A stretch of DNA of 64,000 nucleotides from Antedon mediterranea (Eukaryota > Animalia > Echinodermata): assembly GCF_964355755.1 (NCBI RefSeq), contig NC_092680.1, positions 11,346,001 to 11,410,000 on the forward strand, read 5' to 3'. This document shows positions 25,801 to 37,427 of the stretch, piece by piece; positions within the stretch are counted from its first letter, which is position 1; every line of letters starts with the position of its first letter. The translations under genes and the position numbers were made by a program. The notes beneath the pieces were generated by a model. The model made no database searches, had not been told where the DNA came from, and was given only the letters and a program-made list of their open reading frames with translations.

Positions 25801-27885
25801 ATCACAAAATGGTCTAAAACGTCTCCAAATGCAATTTGAGGATATTCTGAGCACTTTGGTGTTTTTTTGTTAAAAAGTTTTTTCGAAAATCACAAAATGG
25901 TCTAAAACGTCTCCAAATGCGATTTGAAGCTATTCTGTACACTTTGATGTTTTGTGTGAAAAAGTTTTGTCGAAATGCTCAAAATGGTCTAAAACATTTT
26001 TAAATACGATATTAAGCTATTTTGTGATCTCTGATGTTTTTGTGTGAAAAGTTTTATCGAAATGCTCAAAATGGTCTAAAACGGTTTCTATTGTGATTTT
26101 AAGCACTTTGATGATTTTGTGTAACCAAGTTTCATCGAAATGTACAAAATGGTCTAAAACGTCTCCAAATGCGATTTGAAGCTATTCTAAGTACTTTTGT
26201 GTTTTTATGTTAACAAGTTTTTTCGAAAATCACAAAATGGTCTAAAACGTCTTCAAATGCGATTTGAAGCTATTCTGTACACTTTGATGTTTTGTGTGAA
26301 AAAGTTTTGTCAAAATTCTCAAAATGGTCTAAAACGTTTTTAAAACGATATTAAGCTATTTTGTGCTCTTTGATGTTTTTGTGTAACCAAGTTTCATCGA
26401 AAATCACAACATGGTCTAAAACGTCTCCAAATGCGATTTGAAGCTTTTCCAAGCTTTTTGCTGTTTTTATGTTAAGTTTTTTCGAAAATCACAAAATGGT
26501 CTAAAACGTCTTCAAATGCGATTTGAAGCTATTCTGTACACTTTGATGTTTTGTGTGAAAAAGTTTTGTCGAAATGCTCAAAATGGTCTAAAACGTTTTT
26601 AAATACGATATTAAGCTATTTTGTGATCTTTGATGTTTTTGTGTGAAAAGTTTTATCAAAATGCTCAAAATGGTCTGAAACGGTTTCTAATGCGATTTGA
26701 AGCTATTCTGTACACTTTGAAGTTTTGTGTGAAAAAGTTTTCTCGAAATGCTCAAAATGGTCTAAAACGTTTTTATATACCATATTAAGCTATTTTGTGC
26801 ACTTTGATGTTTTTTTTTAAAAGTTTTATCGAAATGCTCAAAATGGTCTAAAACGGTTTCTATTGGGATTTTAAGCACTTTGATGATTTTGTGTAACCAA
26901 GTTTCATCGAAAATCACAAAATGGTCTAAAACGTCTCCAAATGCAATTTGAAGCTTTTCTAAGCACTTTTGTGTTTTTATGTTAACAAGTTTTTTCGAAA
27001 ATCACAAAATGGTCTAAAACGTCTTCAAATGCGATTTGAAGCTATTCTGTACACTTTTATGTTTTGTGTGAAAAAGTTTTGTCGAAATTCTCAAAATGGT
27101 CTAAAACGTTTTTAAATACGATATTAAGCTGTTTTGTGCACTTTGATGATATGTGTGAAAAGTTTTAACGAAATGCTCAAAATGGTCTAAAACCGTTTCT
27201 AATGTGATTTTAAGCACTTTGATGTTTTTGTGTAACCAAGTTTTTTCGAAAATCACAAAATAGTCTAAAACGTCTCCAAATGCGATTTGAAGCTTTTCTA
27301 AGCACTTTGGTGTTTTTATGTTAACAAGTTTTTTCGAAAATCAAAAAAATGGTCTAAAACGTCTCCAAATGCGATTTGAGGATATTCTGAGCACTTTGGT
27401 GTTTTTTTGTTAAAAAGTTTTTTCGAAAATCACAAAATGGTCTAAAACGTCTCCAAATGCGATTTGAAGCTATTCTGTACACTTTGATGTTTTGTGTGAA
27501 AAAGTTTTGTCGAAATGCTCAAAATGGTCTAAAACGTTTTTAAATACGATATTAAGCTATTTTGTGATCTTTGATGTTTTTGTGTGAAAAGTTTTATCGA
27601 AATGCTCAAAATGGTCTAAAACGTTTTTAAAACGATATTAAGCTATTTTGTGCTCTTTGATGTTTTTGTGTAACCAAGTTTCATCGAAAATCACAAAATG
27701 GTCTAAAACGTCGCCAAATGCGATTTGAAGCTTTTCTAAGCACTTTGGTGTTTTTATGTTAACAAGTTTTTTCGAAAATCACGAAATGGTCTAAAATATC
27801 TCCAAATGCGATTTGAAGATATTCTGAGCACTTTGGTGTTTTTATGTTCAAAAGTTTTTTCGAAAATCACAAAATAGTCTAAAAC

Positions 27886-28710
27886 GTCTCCAAATGCGAT
27901 TTGAAGCTATTCTGTACACTTTGATGTTTTGTGTGAAAAAGTTTTGTCGAAATGCTCAAAATGGTCTAAAACGTTTTTAAAACGATATTAAGCTATTTTG
28001 TGCACTTTAATGATTTGTGTGAAAAGTTTTACGAAATGCTCAAAATGGTCTAAAACGGTTTCTAATGTGATTTTAAGCACTTTGATGTTTTTGTGTAACC
28101 AAGTTTTTTCGAAAATCACAAAATGGTCTAAAACGTCTCCAAATGCGATTTCAAGCTTTTCTAAGCACTTTGGTGTTTTTATGTTAACAAGTTTTTTCGA
28201 AAATCACAAAATAGTCTAAAACGTCTCCAAATGCGATTTGAAGCTTTTCTAAGCACTTTGGTGTTTTTATGTTAACAAGTTTTTTCGAAAATCTTGAAAT
28301 GGTCTAAAATGTCTCCAAATGCGATTTGAAGCTATTCTGTACACTTTGATGTTTTGTGTGAAAAAGTTTTGTCGAAATGCTCAAAATGGTCTAAAACGTT
28401 TTTAAAACGATATTAAGCTATTTTGTGCACTTTAATGATTTGTGTGAAAAGTTTTACGAAATGCTCAAAATGGTCTAAAACGGTTTCTAATGTGATTTTA
28501 AGCACTTTGATGTTTTTGTGTAACCAAGTTTTTTCGAAAATCACAAAATGGTCTAAAACGTCTCCAAATGCGATTTCAAGCTTTTCTAAGCACTTTGGTG
28601 TTTTTATGTTAACAAGTTTTTTCGAAAATCACAAAATGGTCTAAAACGTCTCCAAATGCGATTTGAAGCTTTTCTAAGCACTTTGGTGTTTTTATGTTAA
28701 CAAGTTTTTT
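27886..28710 (+). repeat. 425-bp pentamer tandem duplication with an 84-bp variant monomer (second occurrence ~57301-58075)
   Basis: Variants cactttaatg, aagttttacg and gatttcaag recur with a 425-bp period (ORF starts 27998/28423 and 57413/57838); 84+78+88+88+87 = 425. Confidence 0.88.
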
Positions 28711-31659
28711 TCTAAAATCACAAAATGGTCTAAAATGTCTCCAAATGCGATTTGAAGATATTCTGAGCACTTTGGTGTTTTTATGTTAAAAAGTTTTTTC
28801 GAAAATCACAAAATGGTCTAAAACGTCTCCAAATGCGATTTGAAGCTCTTCTGTACACTTTGATGTTTTGTGTGAAAAAGATTTGTCGATATGCTCAAAA
28901 TGGTCTAAAACGTTTTTAAATACGATATTAAGCTGTTTTGTGCACTTTAATGATTTGTGTGAAAAGTTTTACGAAATGCTCAAAATGGTCTAAAACGGTT
29001 TCTAATGTGATTTTAAGCACTTTGATGTTTTTGTGTAACAAAGTTTTTTCGAAAATCACAAAATGGTCTAAAACGTCTCCAAATGCGATTTCAAGCTTTT
29101 CTAAGCACTTTGGTGTTTTTATGTTAACAAGTTTTTTCGAAAATCACAAAATGGTCTAAAACGTCTCCAAATGCGATTTGAGGATATTCTGAGCACTTTG
29201 GTGTTTTTATGTTAAAAAGTTTTTTCGAAAATCACAAAATGGTCTAAAACGTCTCCAAATGCGATTTGAAGCTATTCTGTACACTTTGATGTTTTGTGTG
29301 AAAAAGTTTTGTCGAAATGCTCAAAATGGTCTAAAACGTTTTTAAATACGATATAAAGCTATTTTGTGATCTTTGATGTTTTTGTGTGAAAAGTTTTATC
29401 GAAATGCTCAAAATGGTCTAAAACGGTTTCTAATGCGATTTGAAGCTATTCTGTACCCTTTGAAGTTTTTTGTGAAAAAGTTTTCTCGAAATGCTCAAAA
29501 TGGTCTAAAAAGTTTTTATATACCATATTAAGCTATTTTGTGCACTTTGATGTTTTTTGTGAAAAGTTTTATCGAAATGCTCAAAATGGTCTAAAACGGT
29601 TTCTATTGGGATTTTAAGCACTTTGATGATTTTGTGTAACCAAGTTTCATCGAAATGTACAAAATGGTTTAAAACGTCTCCAAATGCGATTTGAAGCTAT
29701 TCTAAGTACTTTTGTGTTTTTATGTTAACAAGTTTTTTCGAAAATCACAAAATGGTCTAAAACGTCTTCAAATGCGATTTGAAGCTATTCTGTACACTTT
29801 TATGTTTTGTGTGAAAAAGTTTTGTCGAAATTCTCAAAATGGTCTAAAACGTTTTTAAATACGATATTAAGCTGTTTTGTGCACTTTGATGATTTGTGTG
29901 AAAAGTTTTAACGAAATGCTCAAAATGGTCAAAAACGGTTTCTAATGTGATTTTAAGCACTTTGATGTTTTTGTGTAACCAAGTTTTTTCAAAAATCACA
30001 AAATGGTCTAAAACGTCTCCAAATGCGATTTGAAGCTTTTCTAAGCACTTTGGTGTTTTTATGTTAACAAGTTTTTTCGAAAATCACAAAATGGTCTAAA
30101 ACGTCTCCAAATGCGATTTGAAGATATTCTGAGCACTTTGGTGTTTTTATGTTAAAAAGTTTTTTCGAAAATCACAAAATAGTCTAAAACGTCTCCAAAT
30201 GCGATTTGAAGCTATTCTGTACACTTTGATGTTTTGTGTGAAAAAGTTTTGTCGAAATGCTCAAAATGGTCTAAAACGTTTTTAAAACGATATTAAGCTA
30301 TTTTGTGCTCTTTGATGTTTTTGTGTAACCAAGTTTCATCGAAAATCACAAAATGGTCTAAAACGTCTCAAAATGCGATTTGAAGCTTTTCTAAGCACTT
30401 TGGTGTTTTTATGTTAACAAGTTTTTTCGAAAATCACGAAATGGTTTAAAATATCTCCAAATGCGATTTGAAGATATTCTGAGCACTTTGGTGTTTTTAT
30501 GTTAAAAAGTTTTTTCGAAAATCACAAAATGGTCTAAAACGTCTCCAAATGCGATTTGAAGCTCTTCTGTACACTTTGACGTTTTGTGTGAAAAAGTTTT
30601 GTCGAAATGCTCAAAATGGTCTAAAACGTTTTCAAATACGATATTAAGCTGTTTTGTGCACTTTGATGATTTGTGTGAAAAGTTTTAACGAAATCCTCAA
30701 AATGGTCTAAAACGGTTTCTAATGTGATTTTAAGCACTTTGATGTTTTTGTGTAACCAAGTTTTATCGAAAATCACAAAATAGTCTAAAACGTCTCCAAA
30801 TGCGATTTGAAGCTTTTCTAAGCACTTTGGTGTTTTTATGTTAACAAGTTTTTTCGAAAATCACAAAATGGTCTAAAACGTCTCCAAATGCGATTTGAGG
30901 ATATTCTGAGCACTTTGGTGTTTTTTTGTTAAAAAGTTTTTTCGAAAATCACAAAATGGTCTAAAACGTCTCCAAATGCGATTTGAAGCTATTCTGTACA
31001 CTTTGATGTTTTGTGTGAAAAAGTTTTGTCGAAATGCTCAAAATGGTCTAAAACATTTTTAAATACGATATTAAGCTATTTTGTGATCTTTGATGTTTTT
31101 GTGTGAAAAGTTTTATCGAAATGCTCAAAATGGTCTAAAACGGTTTCTATTGTGATTTTAAGCACTTTGATGATTTTGTGTAACCAAGTTTCATCGAAAT
31201 GTACAAAATGGTCTAAAACGTCTCCAAATGCGATTTGAAGCTATTCTAAGTACTTTTGTGTTTTTATGTTAACAAGTTTTTTCGAAAATCACAAAATGGT
31301 CTAAAACGTCTTCAAATGCGATTTGAAGCTATTCTGTACACTTTGATGTTTTGTGTGAAAAAGTTTTGTCAAAATTCTCAAAATGGTCTAAAACGTTTTT
31401 AAATTCGATATTAAGCTGTTTTGTGCACTTTGATGATTTGTGTGAAAAGTTTTAACGAAATGCTCAAAATGGTCAAAAACGGTTTCTAATGTGATTTTAA
31501 GCACTTTGATGTTTTTGTGTAACCAAGTTTTTTCAAAAATCACAAAATGGTCTAAAACGTCTCCAAATGCGATTTGAAGCTTTTCTAAGCACTTTGGTGT
31601 TTTTATGTTAACAAGTTTTTTCGAAAATCACAAAATGGTCTAAAACGTCTCAAAATGCG

Positions 31660-34600
31660 ATTTGAAGCTCTTCTGTACACTTTGATGTTTTGTTTGAAAA
31701 AGTTTTGTCGAAATTTTCAAAATGGTCTAAAACGTTTTTAAATACGATATTAAGCTGTTTTGTGCACTTTGATGATTTGTGTGAAAAGTTTTAACAAATG
31801 CTCAAAATGGTCTAAAACGGTTTCTAATGTGATTTTAAGCACTTTGATGTTTTTGTGTAACCAAGTTTTTTCGAAAATCACAAAATAGTCTAAAACGTCT
31901 CCAAATGCGATTTGAAGCTTTTCTAAGCACTTTGGTGTTTTTATGTTAACAAGTTGTTTCGAAAATCACAAAATGGTCTAAAACGTCTCCAAATGCGATT
32001 TGAGGATATTCTGAGCACTTTGGTGTTTTTTTGTTAAAAAGTTTTTTCGAAAATCACAAAATGGTCTAAAACGTCTCCAAATGCGATTTGAAGCTATTCT
32101 GTACACTTTGATGTTTTGTGTGAAAAAGTTTTGTCGAAATGCTCAAAATGGTCTAAAACGTTTTTAAATACGATATTAAGCTATTTTGTGATCTTTGATG
32201 TTTTTGTGTGAAAAGTTTTATCGAAATGCTCAAAATGGTCTAAAACGTTTTTAAAACGATATTAAGCTATTTTGTGCTCTTTGATGTTTTTGTGTAACCA
32301 AGTTTCATCGAAAATCACTAAATGGTCTAAAACGTCGCCAAATGCGATTTGAAGCTTTTCTAAGCACTTTGGTGTTTTTATGTTAACAAGTTTTTTCGAA
32401 AATCACGAAATGGTCTAAAATATCTCCAAATGCGATTTGAAGATATTCTGAGCACTTTGGTGTTTTTATGTTAAAAAGTTTTTTCGAAAATCACCAAATG
32501 GTCTAAAACGTCTCCAAACGCGATTTGAAGCTCTTCTGTACACTTTGATGTTTTGTGTGAAAAAGTTTTGTCGAAATTCTCAAAATGGTCTAAAACGTTT
32601 TTAAATACGATATTAAGCTGTTTTGTGCACTCTGATGATTTGTGTGAAAAGTTTTAACGAAATGCTCAAAATGGTCAAAAACGGTTTCTAATGTGATTTT
32701 AAGCACTTTGATGTTTTTGTGTAACCAAGTTTTTTCAAAAATCACAAAATGGTCTAAAACGTCTCCAAATGCGATTTGAAGCTTTTCTAAGCACTTTGGT
32801 GTTTTTATGTTAACAAGTTTTTTCGAAAATCACAAAATGGTCTAAAACGTCTCCAAATGCGATTTGAAGATATTCTGAGCACTTTGGTGTTTTTATGTTA
32901 AAAAGTTTTTTCGAAAATCACAAAATAGTCTAAAACGTCTCCAAATGCGATTTGAAGCTATTCTGTACACTTTGATGTTTTGTGTGAAAAAGTTTTGTCG
33001 AAATGCTCAAAATGGTCTAAAACGTTTTTAAAACGATATTAAGCTATTTTGTGCTCTTTGATGTTTTTTTGTAACCAAGTTTCATCGAAAATCACAAAAT
33101 GGTCTAAAACGTCTCAAAATGCGATTTGAAGCTCTTCTGTACACTTTGATGTTTTGTGTGAAAAAGTTTTGTCGAAATTCTCAAAATGGTCTAAAACGTT
33201 TTTAAATACGATATTAAGCTGTTTTGTGCACTCTGATGATTTGTGTGAAAAGTTTTAACGAAATGCTCAAAATGGTCAAAAACGGTTTCTAATGTGATTT
33301 TAAGCACTTTGATGTTTTTGTGTAACCAAGTTTTTTCAAAAATCACAAAATGGTCTAAAACGTCTCCAAATGCGATTTGAAGCTTTTCTAAGCACTTTGG
33401 TGTTTTTATGTTAACAAGTTTTTTCGAAAATCACAAAATGGTCTAAAACGTCTCCAAATGCGATTTGAAGATATTCTGAGCACTTTGGTGTTTTTATGTT
33501 AAAAAGTTTTTTCGAAAATCACAAAATAGTCTAAAACGTCTCCAAATGCGATTTGAAGCTATTCTGTACACTTTGATGTTTTGTGTGAAAAAGTTTTGTC
33601 GAAATGCTCAAAATGGTCTAAAACGTTTTTAAAACGATATTAAGCTATTTTGTGCTCTTTGATGTTTTTTTGTAACCAAGTTTCATCGAAAATCACAAAA
33701 TGGTCTAAAACGTCTCAAAATGCGATTTGAAGCTTTTCTAAGCACTTTGGTGTTTTTATGTTAACAAGTTTTTTCGAAAATCACGAAATGGTCTAAAATG
33801 TCTCCAAATGCGATTTGAAGATATTCTGAGCACTTTGGTGTTTTTATCTTAACAAGTTTTTTCGAAAATCACGAAATGGTCTAAAATGTCTCCAAATGCG
33901 ATTTGAAGATATTCTGAGCACTTTGGTGTTTTTATGTTGAAAAGTTTTTTCGAAAATCACAAAATGGTCTAAAACGTCTCCAAATGCGATTTGAAGCTCT
34001 TCTGTACACTTTGATGTTTTGTGTGAAAAAGTTTTGTCGAAATGCTCAAAATGGTCTAAAACGTTTTTAAATACGATATTAAGCTGTTTTGTGCACTTTG
34101 ATGATTTGTGTGAAAAGTTTTAACGAAATGCTCAAAATGGTCTAAAACGGTTTCTAATGTGATTTTAAGCACTTTGATGTTTTTGTGTAACCAAGTTTTT
34201 TCGAAAATCACAAAATAGTCTAAAACGTCTCCAAATGCGATTTGAAGCTTTTCTAAGCACTTTGGTGTTTTTATGTTAACAAGTTTTTTCGAAAATCACA
34301 AAATGGTCTAAAACGTCTCCAAATGCGATTTGAGGATATTCTGAGCACTTTGGTGTTTTTTTGTTAAAAAGTTTTTTCGAAAATCACAAAATGGTCTAAA
34401 ACGTCTCCAAATGCGATTTGAAGCTATTCTGTACACTTTGATGTTTTGTGTGAAAAAGTTTTTTCGAAATGCTCAAAATGGTCTAAAACGTTTTTAAATA
34501 CGATATAAAGCTATTTTGTGATCTTTGATGTTTTTGTGTGAAAAGTTTTATCGAAATGCTCAAAATGGTCTAAAACGGTTTCTATTGTGATTTTAAGCAC

Positions 34601-37427
34601 TTTGATGATTTTGTGTAACCAAGTTTCATCGAAATGTACAAAATGGTCTAAAACGTCTCCAAATGCGATTTGAAGCTATTCTAAGTACTTTTGTGTTTTT
34701 ATGTTAACAAGTTTTTTCGAAAATCACAAAATGGTCTAAAACGTCTTCAAATGCGATTTGAAGCTATTCTGTACACTTTGATGTTTTGTGTGAAAAAGTT
34801 TTGTCAAAATGCTCAAAATGGTCTAAAACGTTTTTAAAACGATATTAAGCTATTTTGTGCTCTTTGATGTTTTTGTGTAACCAAGTTTCATCGAAAATCA
34901 CAACATGGTCTAAAACGTCTCCAAATGCGATTTGAAGCTTTTCTAAGCACTTTGGTGTTTTTATGTTAACAAGTTTTTTCGAAAATCACAAAATGGTCTA
35001 AAACGTCTCCAAATGCGATTTGAAGCTCTTCAGTACACTTTGATGTTTTGTTTGAAAAAGTTTTGTCGAAATTCTCAAAATGGTCTAAAACGTTTTTAAA
35101 TTCGATATTAAGCTGTTTTGTGCACTTTGATGATTTGTGTGAAAAGTTTTAACGAAATGCTCAAAATGGTCTAAAACGGTTTCTAATGTGATTTTAAGCA
35201 CTTTGATGTTTTTGTGTAACCAAGTTTTTTCGAAAATCACAAAATAGTCTAAAACGTCTCCAAATGCGATTTGAAGCTTTTCTAAGCACTTTGGTGTTTT
35301 TATGTTAACAAGTTTTTTCGAAAATCACAAAATGGTCTAAAACGTCTCCAAATGCGATTTGAGGATATTCTGAGCACTTTGGTGTTTTTTTGTTAAAAAG
35401 TTTTTTCGAAAATCACAAAATGGTCTAAAACGTCTCCAAATGCGATTTGAAGCTATTCTGTACACTTTGATGTTTTGTGTGAAAAAGTTTTGTCGAAATG
35501 CTCAAAATGGTCTAAAACATTTTTAAATACGATATTAAGCTATTTTGTGATCTTTGATGTTTTTGTGTGAAAAGTTTTATCGAAATGCTCAAAATGGTCT
35601 AAAACGGTTTCTATTGTGATTTTAAGCACTTTGATGATTTTGTGTAACCAAGTTTCATCGAAATGTACAAAATGGTCTAAAACGTCTCCAAATGCGATTT
35701 GAAGCTATTCTAAGTACTTTTGTGTTTTTATGTTAACAAGTTTTTCGAAAATCACAAAATGGTCTAAAACGTCTTCAAATGCGATTTGAAGCTATTCTGT
35801 ACACTTTGATGTTTTGTGTGAAAAAGTTTTGTCAAAATGCTCAAAATGGTCTAAAACGTTTTTAAAACGATATTAAGCTATTTTGTGCTCTTTGATGTTT
35901 TTGTGTAACCAAGTTTCATCGAAAATCACAACATGGTCTAAAACGTCTCCAAATGCGATTTGAAGCTTTTCTAAGCACTTTGGTGTTTTTATGTTAACAA
36001 GTTTTTTCGAAAATCACAAAATGGTCTAAAACGTCTCCAAATGCGATTTGAAGCTCTTCTGTACACTTTGATGTTTTGTTTGAAAAAGTTTTGTCGAAAT
36101 TTTCAAAATGGTCTAAAACGTTTTTAAATACGATATTAAGCTGTTTTGTGCACTTTGATGATTTGTGTGAAAAGTTTTAACGAAATGCTCAAAATGGTCT
36201 AAAACGGTTTCTAATGTGATTTTAAGCACTTTGATGTTTTTGTGTAACCAAGTTTTTTCGAAAATCACAAAATAGTCTAAAACGTCTCCAAATGCGATTT
36301 GAAGCTTTTCTAAGCACTTTGGTGTTTTTATGTTAACAAGTTTTTTCGAAAATCACAAAATGGTCTAAAACGTCTCCAAATGCGATTTGAGGATATTCTG
36401 AGCACTTTGGTGTTTTTTTGTTAAAAAGTTTTTTCGAAAATCACAAAATGGTCTAAAACGTCTCCAAATGCGATTTGAAGCTATTCTGTACACTTTGATG
36501 TTTTGTGTGAAAAAGTTTTGTCGAAATGCTCAAAATGGTCTAAAACGTTTTTAAATACGATATTAAGCTATTTTGTGATCTTTGATGTTTTTGTGTGAAA
36601 AGTTTTATCGAAATGCTCAAAATGGTCTAAAACGTTTTTAAAACGATATTAAGCTATTTTGTGCTCTTTGATGTTTTTGTGTAACCAAGTTTCATCGAAA
36701 ATCACAAAATGGTCTAAAACGTCGCCAAATGCGATTTGAAGCTTTTCTAAGCACTTTGGTGTTTTTATGTTAACAAGTTTTTTCGAAAATCACGAAATGG
36801 TCTAAAATATCTCCAAATGCGATTTGAAGATATTCTGAGCACTTTGGTGTTTTTATGTTAAAAAGTTTTTTCGAAAATCACAAAATGGTCTAAAACGTCT
36901 CCAAACGCGATTTGAAGCTCTTCTGTACACTTTGATGTTTTGTGTGAAAAAGTTTTGTCGAAATTCTCAAAATGGTCTAAAACGTTTTTAAATACGATAT
37001 TAAGCTGTTTTGTGCACTTTGATGATTTGTGTGAAAAGTTTTAACGAAATGCTCAAAATGGTCAAAAACGGTTTCTAATGTGATTTTAAGCACTTTGATG
37101 TTTTTGTGTAACCAAGTTTTTTCAAAAATCACAAAATGGTCTAAAACGTCTCCAAATGCGATTTGAAGCTTTTCTAAGCACTTTGGTGTTTTTATGTTAA
37201 CAAGTTTTTTCGAAAATCACAAAATGGTCTAAAACGTCTCCAAATGCGATTTGAAGATATTCTGAGCACTTTGGTGTTTTTATGTTAAAAAGTTTTTTCG
37301 AAAATCACAAAATAGTCTAAAACGTCTCCAAATGCGATTTGAAGCTATTCTGTACACTTTGATGTTTTGTGTGAAAAAGTTTTGTCGAAATGCTCAAAAT
37401 GGTCTAAAACGTTTTTAAAACGATATT
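31660..37427 (+). repeat. Dispersed third copy of part of the 10.9-kb unit (~5270-10430 / ~16120-21280), carrying the extra 601-bp duplication
   Basis: gcactctg 6240 vs 32632 (offset 26392); cttcagtac 8039 vs 35032 (offset 26993 = 26392+601); shared ttttatcttaac monomer, ttaacaaatg deletion and aagttgtttc. Confidence 0.82.
32520..33734 (+). repeat. 601-bp (7-monomer) tandem duplication
   Basis: The gcactctg variant lies at 32632 and 33233; 87+86+78+88+88+87+87 = 601. Confidence 0.85.

Noticed and set aside
27998-29159. 73-aa plus-strand ORFs (also 57413-58059)
   Set aside because: They have TTG starts, are translations of three satellite monomers with internal repetition (KWSKT), and depend on a 1-bp deletion. 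No coding evidence.
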